63,762 bases of DNA, filler included, from Octopus bimaculoides (GCF_001194135.2; 6 parts of 5 records of this genome joined end to end with filler, not necessarily neighbours in it), one strand, 5' to 3'; numbered from the whole stretch's first letter, positions 1-13,394 are shown. Numbers and translations: made by a program. The notes: a model not told the origin generated them from the letters alone.

Positions 1-68
1 TCCCGTTCGTCAGACGGTTTTTATGAAAACTGAATTCAGTTTCCATCACAATTGTCCGACGGACGGGA
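1..68. repeat. Loopless palindrome centred on GAATTC (32-37), truncated by the window start
   Basis: Positions 1-34 pair in register with 68-35: 27 of 34 Watson-Crick, 3 G-T, 4 mismatches by hand count. Confidence 0.85.
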
Positions 69-88
69 ACGTGAAACATTGAGTAACA
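53..88 (+). ncRNA. Degenerate minimal type-I hammerhead ribozyme motif, right arm of a palindrome
   Basis: UGU-CCGACGG-ACG[GGAA]CGU-GAAA-C[AUUGA]G-UA^ACA. The core has U4C and A9G. The mirror arm (13 to 7, minus) retains CUGACGA but runs off the window edge. Confidence 0.6.
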
Positions 89-634
89 CATTTTGTGATA
101 TTGATGCAGCTTTAACAAAGGCATATCACTCTGCCTTTCTTATTCGAGTATTACTTTTTCCATCTAGTTTTGCATTTATGTCCTCGTTTTTAGTCGAAAG
201 ACAAATGGTGTTATGTCCTGTTATTTGCATTTGTATTTGTGTACCATTTCTCCGTTTTTTCCCGTCCATGTTCTCGTATATATTCGTTGCTTTCTTCCAA
301 GGAATCTAATACTGCTAGCTTAGTTTTTTTCCTTGGGGCTGGTCAGATTGGAGCAATCTCGATGTTAACCAGCCGAAATTGCAAAGATAATCTGGAACTC
401 GACTGAGGAAAGAAAACTTCGAATGACCCGTCCATGTATTTTCTTATCCCTCTTCTGTATCATCTGTCTGGATGTTTTTGTTGTCCCTTTTTTGTATCAT
501 CTAGCAAGGATTCGAGCGAAAAATGCGAAAGTAAATATCCAAAACAACAGTCTTGGTATACCGTACTTTAGAAATGAGGAAGACGACGAAAGTCACACAG
601 AGTCAGAGCGCAACAGAAAGATACAAGAGTAAGT

Positions 635-668
<34 letters not shown>

Positions 669-739
669 GGAGCAGGCCCATAGAAACATAGAACACAGTA
701 ACACTAAAAACCGGACAATACCTACCAATGCTAAAGCCA

Positions 740-1950
740 CTAATAATACTTCGCGAAAAAGATAATATCCAATATTTCTAGACTGTTCTTTACAGCGATA
801 GAATATCACATTTCTCAAAATAACAGTTACCACAAAATATTTTATAAACAATATACGTCTCGCCTTTTCAAAAATCCAGAACCTTGCACAAATAATTGCG
901 GCACATAATGCAAGGAAACTATACATCTTCCAAGGAAATCTGAGTAATCCGAATCTGGATCAAAGAGAAGAAATAACTAACAGAAGGGACATAGGCACTG
1001 AAACCATAGTAGCAAAAACTGGAGGAGGAGGAATAGTAGCAGAAGATCCGTCAGTCAAAGGAATCAAACTTAATAAATTCTTCCATAGATATAGAAATAG
1101 AATTATGAGCCGCGAGCAACAGCAGCAACAAACTAATATCCATTGAGAATTCAGATATGATACTGGACGAGAGAAGGAAAGAATAGAAGAGCTTTCTAGG
1201 GAAGTCAATAACAATAAATAATAGAAACGGACAAAGAGGTCTATGCAACTGTACTATAAAAAATATATGCCCGTTGCACTAAAGATGTTACCCTAAGAAC
1301 TTTGTCTATAGATGCAAATATAACTGGGAGGGAGGAGAATACTTTAATATAAGGGCCAGTTCTCTTTTCTTTCTGCTTCCTTTTTGCATAAAGAGACAGG
1401 TTAATCATTTGGATTGTTCGAAAGAGAGGAAGAAAGCAAATGATACAGGTGCAAGTAAACCAATTTGGCCAATTAGAGGCACAAACAATTCCTATTCTAT
1501 CGATTGGGAAAAAAATTAGTATTTCTAAGCCTTATAGAGTCGGGGGGAAATAGATGCGACCTATCCGGAAAAGGACTTTACCAAATATTTATATCAAAAT
1601 ACGTATTAATTAATACAAGTCACGAACAAACCGTAAGATGTTTACACAAACACGGTAGGACATTTAAACGATATAGGTATAATTCTAGACAGTCAACGAC
1701 CCAGCAACATTTGAGTTTAATATAACAAATTAAATAACATAACAAAAACATAAAAATATATAATAACCATTCTTGATTAAAAAAAACATACCTCTCTCAA
1801 TGTATAACACAAAACATGAGCGGCCCCAAAAAGAAGTGAATATAAACAAATATGAATCCCCTCAATACAAGCACTACACTGGAAATCAAAAAATTAACCC
1901 TAACCATTCAAACGAACAAGGGGTCTTAGACAGAAATAATCTTGACCTTA
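740..1950 (+). mobile_element. Penelope-like element remnant (RT C-terminus, Cys linker, GIY-YIG endonuclease)
   Basis: Frameshifted HKIF-NNIRLAFSKIQNLAQIIAAHNARKL (about 830-920), CNCTIKNICPLH*RCYPKNFVYRCKYNWEGGEYFNIRASS (about 1240-1375) and GRTFKRY (about 1650). These resemble the PLE motifs HKIFN..S.MPN...I..HN and CNC..CPL..C....VY...YIG. Confidence 0.7.
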
Positions 1951-2204
1951 ATCTATTTTAAACCCAGCCATAACTTCGGAGAGCGACTAGGGTGAATTTG
2001 AGGCCAGCAGTACATACCTGTAAATAACAAGATCCCGCATCCCATGGAACACTAACTAACAGAAGTCTACTTCAATCACTTCACTTCCAGGATGATCAAA
2101 TGGACAGACTCTGATGAAGCTGCACCGACAATATAGCAATGTTGCATTTGCAACAGTGAGGCTTCGCCGCTGTGAAACCACTTCTAGGTCATTATTATAT
2201 GCTG

Positions 2205-2360
2205 TAGCTACCGCTATGTTCTGAGTTCAAATTCCGAGGTTCAATTTGCCTTTCATCGTTCTGTGGTCGAAAGATTGAGTACCAGTTGAACACTGGGGTC
2301 GATGTAATCGAGTTTCCCCTTCCTCAAAAATGTCAGGCCTTGTGCCGATAGTAGAAAAGA
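2205..2360 (+). mobile_element. SINE family B (partial)
   Basis: gttctgagttcaaattcc...ctttcatc...gtaccagttgaacactggggtcgatgtaatcga, shared with other copies in the window. Confidence 0.8.
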
Positions 2361-2509
2361 TTATAATATGCTGTATATAACAATAATTTAAATTTTTGTG
2401 GATGTACAAGTCTCCATACTCTTTATTATTATTGATATTTTTAAGCGTACATACATATATGTGTGTTTGTGTCTGTGTGTATAAATATATACATATGCAT
2501 ATACATATG

Positions 2510-3340
2510 CGCGGAGTGTTCAGGCTATATTCAATAATTTGCATAAGAGGAAAAGAAACCGCAAGATCCATCCAAAACGAATATTATTTAATTATTTTGA
2601 AATGAAAGCAAATAACATCAATTAAAACTTGGTTTGTAATTGACAGTTTACTCAAAATGGACCCATTTAGGTTCAACGACAGCCTCAACATGCCTCTGGA
2701 CACCAGTTTCTCTGTGAATATCTTCAAAAACGTCCTTGATTAAGACCAGAAGCTTGGACTTGATTTTGCAGGCAGCGCGGAAGGTATCGTCTTAAATGGA
2801 ACCCTACATTCAGTAAACTATGGAATTACTATCGGAGAAAGTAGACGGATGGAAATTGTGACTAGCGAAATCGCATTCATTCTCCGTAAACCAATCCTGG
2901 TTTTATTCCGGATTTATGCCAAAGGACCATAATCTGCTGCTTCATATGTGGCCTTCCAACAGCAAGCCTCTCCAGCCAGCCTTTGATCACAGTCTCCAGC
3001 AGTTTCACATAGCTGTTTGAATGTCGCCTAAATCCTATTCAATCAGTTGCCCGGTGAACCAAGACTCGCTGACTCAGACAGAGCGTCTGTTGAGTCACTT
3101 CTTGCAGGCCACAGTTTCGTAATCTATATTATGTCCTTACAGCATTTGCATTACGCACAATGGATTGAACAGCAGTCATGATGCCGGCATTTTGAAAGCT
3201 GCAGTGACACGTCATGATACAGGTAACTTTTTTCCAATCTTCTGACAACTTCAACTCTTTCCTGTCAGTTAATGTGTTATCAACTACAAATTTAATTATT
3301 ATGTCCCAAAGTCGTTGACAATCCACCATTACATCGAACT
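2510..3340 (-). mobile_element. Tc1/mariner transposase pseudogene (C-terminal half, possibly DD37D type)
   Basis: Decayed LETVIKGWLERLAVGRP...QDWFTENECDF..HP.TFSDSNSIVY...IKDVFEDIHRE...VEAVVEPKWVHFE* with many stops and frameshifts. Stop at 2648-2650. Confidence 0.75.
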
Positions 3341-3436
3341 GTTCCTGAAAAAAAAATTATATACATTAATATACCAATATATATATATATATATATACAT
3401 TTATAAGTATGCATACAGATATATTTGTCTCTCTCA

Positions 3437-3886
<450 letters not shown>

Positions 3887-4320
3887 CTGTCACCTTGATT
3901 TCAATTATTCGTAACATTTATTTTTGCTTGCTTTCATTGATAAATCGTTCACGACAGCATCTCCATCATATTGAACACTATTATCACCACCACAACAACA
4001 ACTACCACTACTACCCCTATCGTCATCACCATCACCATCATCGTAATCATCATCATCATCATATTAGGAGCAACGTTTCCATCGTCATCGTGATCAATGC
4101 ACCGCGCTCCTTGTTAGAGAATCAATCATCGACGGAAACGTCATTGTCACAGTCATTATATTCGTTATCATTTTTGCGTTCTCTTTTACACGACACACAC
4201 ACACACGCGACACACACACACACGCGACACACACACACACGCGCCACACACACACGCGCCACGCCACGCCACGGCACGCCACACTCTCTCTCTCTCCCTC
4301 TCTCTCCCTCTCCCTCTCCC

Positions 4321-4420
4321 NNNNNNNNNNNNNNNNNNNNNNNNNNNNNNNNNNNNNNNNNNNNTTAATTAATTAANNNNNNNNNNNNNNNNNNNNNNNN
4401 NNNNNNNNNNNNNNNNNNNN
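4321..4420. other. Artificial scaffold join 44N-TTAATTAATTAA-44N
   Basis: The identical 100-bp construct recurs at 24792-24891, 29922-30021, 37821-37920 and 61805-61904. The 12-mer gives stops in all six frames. Confidence 0.97.
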
Positions 4421-4428
4421 ATATATAC

Positions 4429-4478
<50 letters not shown>

Positions 4479-5243
4479 GTGTGTGTGTGTGTCTGAATGC
4501 CTGTGTGTATGCATGTGTTTGGATGTGGGTGCGTGTGTGTGTGTAAATGTATATATAAACGTATACACACACATCCAGAGATAACTGTATATAGATGTAT
4601 ATATCTACACATCTATATATCTCTATCTCTAACTCAAACACACACGAATACACAGACACATATAGAAGATGTGTCTATGTGTATGAATGTATACACACAG
4701 AGATACGTTCATGTAATATGTAAGCCGCTTTGCTTATGTGTCTTCTAAGATTATCTTACCATTGTGTTTTCTATATTACTCATATCAAGTGACAACTAAA
4801 ACCGTACTCGTTTTTCCATAGTTCGTGCATAGAACCTACAGCGATATTATTCAGCGACACGAGAATTCGTGATAATCTGCTTCAAATGTTCTGTATGGCA
4901 GTTAATACGAAGCCATACACCAGGTGTATTCTTAATTTTCCGCACACTGTATCAAATGAAACAATGCAAACAAAATCTATTCAGAAGCACTTAAGTCATT
5001 CAAATGCTTTCCAACTCCATATGCTCACTCGTCAAATGCATACAAAAGCTTTTCGATGAAGCTTAAATCATAGATTGAAGATGTTCTGTTTAGATGCGAT
5101 TGGCTCGGAATTTATTTTTTGTGACCAGGGTAACAAGACGAATTTCAAATTATCTTCACCAGCAATGGCTGTTTAACGCACAATCTCTCGTGTTCCTTAA
5201 CAAGGATTTTAATGAGTTTAAATGAACTTGAATTACCATGTAT

Positions 5244-5626
5244 AGACGCAAGAGTCACTATGTGGTAAGAAGCTTGCTCCCAAGCCACATGGTTCCGGGT
5301 TTAGTCCCATTGCGTGGCACTTTTGGTAAGTGCTTTTTACTACAGCCTCTGGCTATAGTAAAAACAGAATGAAGTCCATCATATATATATATATATATAT
5401 ACCTCCACACATATATATGTATGTATGCGTATATGTATGTATTTGTGCCTGATTGTCCCCCCTACCACAATTGCTTGACAACCGTGTGTTTACACCCCCG
5501 TAGCTGTTCGGCAATCGAGACCGATAGAGGAAGTATTAGGCGTACAAATAAGTCCTGGGCTCGATTAGTTAGACTAAAGGCGGTGCTACAGCATGGCCGT
5601 AGGCAAATGACTGAAACTAGTAAAAT
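5244..5626 (+). mobile_element. tRNA-derived SINE family A
   Basis: Head gtggtaagaagcttgc...ggttccgggtttagtccc, internal (TA)n, tail gcatggccg...gactgaaac.agtaaaa. Confidence 0.85.
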
Positions 5627-6199
5627 AATACATGTAATATTATACACTTGTGGCAAGTTTGAACTCGTAAACAACCATTCACTTTATTTTGTTACGGACA
5701 AAAATTTCTGCCTGCAGATAAATGGAAAATTGTAAATCAGTAGCTTACACAGTAGACAAAACCTAATCAGTAGGTTATGCTGTAGACAAATGACGTAACT
5801 TAAATCAAATTCGCAGCACCACATATCTAGTCTATGAGGTGGAAGAATGTTGTAGTGGTTAACTCCTTTCCAGACACAGACGCCAGGCAGGGGGCGCTTC
5901 GAGTAGATAAAAGAGATGTTTTCTCTTATCCTATTTCTGTCACCCTACGGTGACTGATTAGCACTATGCAGCGGCTCACCTTAACCAAATTGCGGAGTAG
6001 GAGCTTTAAGCAATGTGGCACTACGAACTGATTTAGGTGTATGTGTACCACGTGTCAACGAGTAGAGTTATTCCCCATGACAAAACACAGTGAATGGCTT
6101 GTTTACGAGTTCGAACGCACCACAAGTATATTTGAACTGTAATAACATTGCAATAATACACATCACTGCTTAGGGCCTCCACTCAGTAATTAATTGACT

Positions 6200-6578
6200 A
6201 TCTCATTTATCTTTTAGTTGTTCCGTTCATCAAACTGTGACCATGCTTCGGAACAACCTTGAAGAATATTTAGTCGAATAAATCGACACCAGTACTTAAC
6301 TTTTTTGCTACGTTTGGTGCTTACTCGACGGGGACTACAGCGACGCATTCAAACCAACTTCGTGTGTCATGCGGTGTGTGTGTGTGTGTGTGTGTGTATG
6401 TGGGCGTGAAAGCAGTCACAAAGACACAGAAATACAAGTAGTTTCTCCCAATTTCCGTTACAAAATCCAAATGCTATGGTAGAAGACACTTCCCCAAGGT
6501 GCCACGCTTTATGACTGACTCCAGAACTATGTGGTTAGGCAGCAAGTCTTTTAACACGCAGCCACATCTGCACCTATA
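6200..6578 (-). mobile_element. SINE family A (diverged)
   Basis: Reverse complement of the family A head at 6480-6578 and of the tail at 6200-6300. Confidence 0.75.
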
Positions 6579-6730
6579 TGTCATGAACAACCAAATTATT
6601 TTTCCTTTCTCTTCACAAAAAAAACGTATTGTTAACCTCTACTCTGATTTTGTTCATGGAGATTCAAGATTTTCTCATATACATCTCCATATCTGTATTC
6701 TATTTCTTACTAGATTTTAATTCTCATATT

Positions 6731-7149
6731 AGGAGTAGGAGTGGTTGTGTGGTAAATAGCTTGCTTACGAACCACATGGTTCCAGGTTCAGTCTCACTGC
6801 GTGGCACCTTGGGCAAGTGTCTTCTACTATAGCCTCGGGCCTACCAAAGACTTGTGAGTGGATTTGGTAGACGGAAGCTGAAAGGAGCCCGTCGTATATA
6901 TGCATATATATATGCGTGTGTGTTTGTGTGTGTATGTTTATGTGTGTATGTTTGTGTGTCTGTGTTTGTCCCCCAACATCGCTTGACAACCGATGCTGGT
7001 ATGTTTACCTCCCCGTAACTTAGTGGTTCGGCAAAATATACCGATAGAATAAGTACTAGGCTTACAAAGAATAAGTCCTGGGGTCGATTTCCTCGCTCGA
7101 CTAAAGGTGGTGCTCTACCATGGCCGCAGACTGAAACAAGTAAAAGAGT
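6731..7149 (+). mobile_element. SINE family A, full length
   Basis: A-box-like tggttgtgtgg and B-box-like ggttcagtc, core caccttgggcaagtgtcttctactatagcctcggg, tail gactgaaacaagtaaaagag. Confidence 0.92.
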
Positions 7150-7308
7150 AACCAACCAATATCAGTATTCTTGCTCATTTACTACAGGAAGCTCGCTGTG
7201 ACATTTATTCCCTTAATCGTATTCAATACGAAAATAAATATCTCTCATCAATCTTAATACATTTTTCCATCAGAGACCCAGCCTATCCATAACTATCCTC
7301 GTCTTTTC

Positions 7309-7606
7309 TGTTGAATTCTTCTGGTTATTGTATAATCGTAATCATCAATATACTGTACATTTCAAGGCATTTCAAGGCAGTTACCAGTTCGAAATATTTA
7401 CCGCATTGCTTGCTGTTCATGGAATATATTATATTAAGCGTATTTAAACCATACGGGACACATACGCAAGTAAAAGAAACTACACTTTCAGGAATGTTGC
7501 CTTTTTGTTATCAACACACAAATCCCGGAATAACCCAATCTGTTGACGTACAAGAACACAGTAGCGCTCGCGGAGAACGTGCCCTGTAAATAAAAGACGT
7601 TCAACA
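7309..7606 (+). mobile_element. Possible solo LTR
   Basis: Ends TGTTGAA...TTCAACA with AATAAA about 12 nt before the 3' end. No target-site duplication is visible. Confidence 0.35.
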
Positions 7607-7700
7607 ATATGTGTTCTTAATCGGACCGATACGCATATATGCGTGCTTCTGTGTAACACACATGCACGCACACAAATGTGTTATACATACATACATACAT

Positions 7701-7731
<31 letters not shown>

Positions 7732-7741
7732 NNNNNNNNNN

Positions 7742-7777
<36 letters not shown>

Positions 7778-9478
7778 CATATATCTATCTATCTCTCTAT
7801 CTATCTATTTAACTAGCTAACTCTCTCACTCTCTGTCTGTCTGTATGTCTGTCTCTCTGTGTTTTTGCATGGTTATGCGTACAAATAATGCCCACTAAAT
7901 GGAGTTAGGCATTTATAATATTTTTGGTTACATTAAGTTTGCAATGACATCTGAATGAGTTGAAAGAATTTTAGACATCAAGTTATTGAAGCAGCAAAGA
8001 TTCTACCTGTCTTCTAGATATTACAGCAGAGTACCAGGTATGATATTCGCACTCCTATGAAAATTAGAATATCTTTTTGTAACGATTACATACATTTCTA
8101 CCACAGACGGTCGGTATTGAAGACATGGTTAGTATTGAAACCTTCCTAGGTCGGTGGATAGCGTAGATTTCGCTTAAAATTTCCTTCAAGTAACATCGGT
8201 TTTCCTTTGAAATATTGGCACAACATTTTCTATTAAGTGTTATTAAATAAACTATTCGGTCTGAGTATAGACAGAATATACTTCACTCTATGTCGGTTAA
8301 TCACAGGTATGTTGGTCTCAGATCTGATGTTATTCTAACAACAATAAAAACAGAACACTAATGTGATAGTACAAAAAAGTGGTATTGTGAGAACCTCTTA
8401 ATTGTTTTAGATACCCAGTTTCCCCATCACACTTTGAACACATTTTTTTTAGAGCAAGATGAATGTCCGTTCAATAGTTTGCATCAAAATGTTTGATATA
8501 TTTTATTACAGCAACTTACAATGAACAAACACATAAATAAAAGCAGTCAATGTTTTATATCATTTACAGAAGTTCATTGCAGGAAATTCTGATTTAATAC
8601 GTTATATATTTTTCTCTATCATTGTTTTCGTGTCGACTGAAGTATTAAAACATTAATCAAACCTATTTTGTTTGTTGAATTTTATTCGTTTTTCTGCAGT
8701 GTTTAAATGTTTATTTGTTTTTCATTTATTTGCTGACAAAAAAAAAAAATTATATATTTCAATATTGATTGTTTATTTCTTTTTGTTGCTGTACTTTGTA
8801 ATGCCTTATTACTTTTATAATTCTATTTTATTTCACCTTTTATTTATTTATTTTACTTCCCGATTGTATCTTGAGACATTTGACACATTTCTCTAGCAAT
8901 GAATTATTGTGGCAGAAAAAGAAAATAATAAAATATTTTTTTTCTTTTTATTCTTTTCATTCAACTTAGGAGATAATAACTTTTGTTGAATAACTGCCAT
9001 GAGGGAATTAATAGATAGTATTTTTTTTCAAAAATGAAGCAGAACCAAATTGAAATACCTTCTAATAACTGACGTGTTAGTGGCTATCATAAGAATGATT
9101 GTATTTATTACTTACATTCGCTTATGATAAAAATATAATATTAATTTCTTACTTTGGCTCCTGGAGCGACTTGTAGGTCTAAAATAAATCTCAATATATT
9201 AGTGTTAATTTATTTTACTGAGATACTAGAAATGAATCAGGAATAAGAATTCGACAATAAAAGGACATTTCTAAATGTGGTAACATATTTGTTCCAAATA
9301 TCTACGCATTCTGCAATTATGCAGTCTAAGAGAACATAACATATACGAGACAAGTGCGGTTATCACCAACAGCAAATTGCGATGTTTATAATGTATATAC
9401 ATATATATACAGAATGGGAGCGAGATAGAGAGAGAGAGAGAAAGAGCGAGAGAGAAAGAGACAAGCATATCTATAGAT

Positions 9479-9527
<49 letters not shown>

Positions 9528-9847
9528 GAGGGAGGGAGGAAGGGACAGAGAGACAAACATAGCTAGATATTCGTAGTGAGAGGAAGCGGCGGGAGATACA
9601 TTCCGCATTCTCTTTTTTCTGTCACCACTCCTCACATAACAACTTTACAAAGAACGACATGGCTATCAATCCTGATTGCGTTACCTATAGCAATACCAAA
9701 GTTGCCTGAAGTCTAGCTGCGAGTAACTAGATCAGTTCTCAATAAACTATAGCAGCTACTTGGTTGTTTTGTTGATTTGGTTGATGTTGTTCTTATTATT
9801 GATTTGATTCAGCTTCGTCCTTGTTCCTAGTAGAATTTATTTGGGTA

Positions 9848-10640
9848 GAAGGCTGTGAGCTGGCAGAAAGTTAGCACGCCGGGTGAAATGTTTAGCGTTT
9901 TTTCGTCTGCCGTTGCGTTCTGAGTTCAAATTCCGCCGAGGTCGACTTTACATTTCATCCTTTCGGGGTCGATAAATTAAGTACCAATTACGCACCGTGG
10001 TCGATATAATCGACTTAATCCCTTTGTCTCCTCTATATTTAGCCCCTTGTAGGCAATAAAGAAATAAGAAACATGAGCTCGCAGGGCGGAATGCTTAGCG
10101 GTATTTCGTCTGCCGTTACGTTCTGAGTTCAAATTCCGCCGAGGTCGACTTTGTCTTTCATCCTTTCGGGGTTGATAAATTAAGTACCAGTTACGCACTG
10201 GGGTCGATGTAATCGACTTAATCCGTTCGTCTGTTCTTGTTTGTTCCCTCTATGTTTAGCCCCTTGTGGGCAATGACGAAATAGGTATTTCGTCTGCCAC
10301 TACTTTCCGAAGTCGACTATGCCTTTCCTCCTTTTGGGGGTCGATAAATTAAGTACCAACTGTGTACTGGAGTCGACCTGATCGACTGNNNNNNNNNNTA
10401 CGCACTGGGGTCGATGTAATCGACTTAATCCGTTCGTCTGTTCTTGTTTGTTCCCTCTATGTTTAGCCCCTTGTGGGCAATGACGAAATAGGTATTTCGT
10501 CTGCCACTACTTTCCGAAGTCGACTATGCCTTTCCTCCTTTTGGGGGTCGATAAATTAAGTACCAACTGTGTACTGGAGTCGACCTGATCGACTGCCCCC
10601 CCCCAAATTTCGGGCCTTGTGCCTAGAATACAAAAAAAAT
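9848..10640 (+). mobile_element. Tandem stack of SINE family B copies (partly an assembly duplication)
   Basis: Repeated gttctgagttcaaattccgccgaggtcgacttt...ggggtcgataaattaagtacca. 10192-10388 is duplicated exactly after a 10-N gap. Confidence 0.9.
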
Positions 10641-11395
10641 TATCACCCTTTTGAACCACCTCCATAATCTTTCTGGTCTTTTAAGTTGTTACGCGGTGGA
10701 ACTGACCCTGTAATTCCATGCAAAATATGGTTTCTTCTCTCTCGCAGGCTAGTCGTGATCGAAATCATGAGCATGCTCACGTTTGGTAAATCCTTCCATA
10801 TTAGCAGAATATTACAGCGGGTCTTGTTTGCTGTTTACCATATATTCTGCCATGTTTCTTCTTTCATTTGTGCATGCACTGCCGTACGCTAGTCAGCTCA
10901 CATCCACCTTTCCACCTCTTCATGTAGAGTCTGTGTATATATTCCCTTAGGATGGCGGGCAACATGTATTGTCATTGTCTCTCGGACGGTGCGATCGAGT
11001 TGCTTAATCTCCGCTTATGTCCATTTCAGGATGGGTGCACTATAGAGGACTATAGCAACAGCCCATATGTTGATGGCAGTCACAAGGTTCCTAGAGGTGG
11101 GTTTTGATTTCAAGTTTGAGGCGCTTCAAATATGCAGTGATGAATATGTCGTTCATTTCTCTGTGCAAAATATTGTCCACCATCAGAGTCCAAAGGTATT
11201 TGTACCTATCATCATCAGGGTTTTCATTCTCTCTCCGTATAGCAATTCTGTGCCCCTAAAATCTCTTCTATTACCCTCTTTCAGAGCGAGAACCACACAC
11301 GTTGAGACACTGAATTCCATCCCGATACCTTTGCTGCACATCTGCACACTCTCAACGTGTCTATACATTTCATCAGCCAGCAATGGACATACTGA
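10640..11395 (-). mobile_element. R4/Dong-like non-LTR retrotransposon fragment (RT thumb region)
   Basis: Decayed YKYL...DNILHREM...TAYLKRLK...AINIWAVAIVLYSAPILKW...LYMKRWKGG. Confidence 0.85.
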
Positions 11396-12449
11396 ACTGG
11401 TTAATGTCTAAATACTGACAAGCAATCTGTGGTACTGAGCTCTGGCCCATCTTTTATACCAAGACAAAACGTGTACATGGTAACACTTCTAATCAGTTAA
11501 GATCAGAAGCCATGAGAACCAGTGTCTGGTATTATTATTATTATTATTATTATCANNNNNNNNNNNNNNNNNNNNNNNNNNNNNNNNNNNNNNNNNNNNN
11601 NNNNNNNNNNNNNNNNNNNNNNNNNNNNNNNNNNNNNNNNNNNNNNNNNNNNNNNNNNNNNNNNNNNNNNNNNNNNNNNNNNNNNNNNNNNNNNNNNNNN
11701 NNNNNNNNNNNNNNNNNNNNNNNNNNNNNNNNNNNNNNNNNNNNNNNNNNNNNNNNNNNNNNNNNNNNNNNNNNNNNNNNNNNNNNNNNNNNNNNNNNNN
11801 NNNNNNNNNNNNNNNNNNNNNNNNNNNNNNNNNNNNNNNNNNNNNNNNNNNNNNNNNNNNNNNNNNNNNNNNNNNNNNNNNNNNNNNNNNNNNNNNNNNN
11901 NNNNNNNNNNNNNNNNNNNNNNNNNNNNNNNNNNNNNNNNNNNNNNNNNNNNNNNNNNNNNNNNNNNNNNNNNNNNNNNNNNNNNNNNNNNNNNNNNNNN
12001 NNNNNNNNNNNNNNNNNNNNNNNNNNNNNNNNNNNNNNNNNNNNNNNNNNNNNNNNNNNNNNNNNNNNNNNNNNNNNNNNNNNNNNNNNNNNNNNNNNNN
12101 NNNNNNNNNNNNNNNNNNNNNNNNNNNNNNNNNTCTCAGACTAATGCCTGGCATTACCCATTAAGAAAAAAATTGGTATAAACTCTTCATTTATAAATAA
12201 TTGCGAAATCTATGATCTTTTACTGATTATTTTGTCCTTCATAATCTAGTCTGGTCTTCTTGACTCAGTTGCATGGTCCCACAGGATCTCATAATTCTCA
12301 TTTACCATCACAGCCTCTAGTTCGTGTTCTTATCTCATTTTGCGGTTTTGAAGCGACAGACTCAGCTATTATCCCAATGAGTTATTTGAGTCGTATCTGC
12401 GCTTATATTCCTTTTGCGCTAGTGTACTGCACGCATTCAAGGGGTGACT

Positions 12450-13075
12450 GATACTTTCCCCTACTTCCCTGCAGATACTACATTTGCTGTCAGACTGAGT
12501 TTTGTCGATCTTTGCCTTGATGCGATTCCTTCTAAGCGTTTTTTACTTAGCGACTTCAAATAACATTTCCGTTTCAAGGCAACGCTCGTCAAAAAAAGCT
12601 AGTGATTTTTACTGCCAACATGCTCAGGTGACTACATGATTTGGACATAGCGTTCCATCTCCTTCCATCTGTTTGCTCTGTTCTTCTTTCGTCTTTGCAT
12701 TTTCATACGGCTTTAGTCACATTTTGGGTACTTTTGGCTGCGAAAGTATTCTTTCTTTACTTTACAACATCATTTTTGTGGCCCAGTCTTTTAGTACCCA
12801 CAGTGCTTTACACATTTTAGAATCCTCTACTACATTCCCTTCTTCGTAAATAGACTAGGTAGGTATTTCTTTCAGGAGTGAATGCGTTGTGCATTGCTAC
12901 CAGCATTCTATTTCTTCCAGCCAAGTTCTCGGGCTCGAAATGAATCCGTTTCAGCAAGGGAGCAGAGTATCTCAGCGCTGACATAGCCCAGGTATTTATG
13001 GCTTTAATGATGTCCCCTCCGTTTAAAGTTGCATCGAGCACATTCCTAACTCTCTTCTTTTACACATCAGTGACT
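12450..13075 (-). mobile_element. R4/Dong-like LINE fragment
   Basis: ORF 12817-13041 LNGGDIIKAINTWAMSALRYSAPLLK...LVYLRRREC continues degenerate toward the zinc-finger region. Confidence 0.8.
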
Positions 13076-13361
13076 TTCTCTCTTCTTTTTGTATTATTTA
13101 TCCTCTTACAGCACTCCTATATATTTGTATCCCTCATCATATTGTAGAGAACTAATGATGTTGTCTTCTCTTGGTTTTATACCATCATACTATATACTCC
13201 GGCTTTTCCAATTAATTAGTATTGCGCACTTACCTACCCCTCCCCAATTGCATTCAGATAACTTTACTGAATATTCTCCGTTTAGATCAGAAAATCTACG
13301 TCTGTATCACCTCCTCCTCCTCCTCCTCCTCCTCCTCATCATCATCATCATCATCACCACC

Positions 13362-13394
<33 letters not shown>

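Noticed and set aside
402-435. CTGAGGA-AAG..CTT-CGAATGAC..GTC motif
   Set aside because: GAAA is GAAU and no stem I can form.
2107-2190. CTGATGA...GAAAC (also 24347-24378 and 57108-57125)
   Set aside because: No correctly spaced stems II and I. The 24.3-kb case lies in LINE endonuclease coding sequence.
4365-4376. Recurrent TTAATTAATTAA as a biological motif
   Set aside because: Always centred in exactly 44+44 N; an artificial six-frame-stop spacer.
5939-5960. gtcacc-ctac-ggtgac hairpin as a Helitron 3' end
   Set aside because: No CTRR terminus at the expected distance.
10192-10595. 197-bp perfect direct repeat
   Set aside because: The identical copies flank a 10-N gap, typical of unmerged overlapping contig ends.
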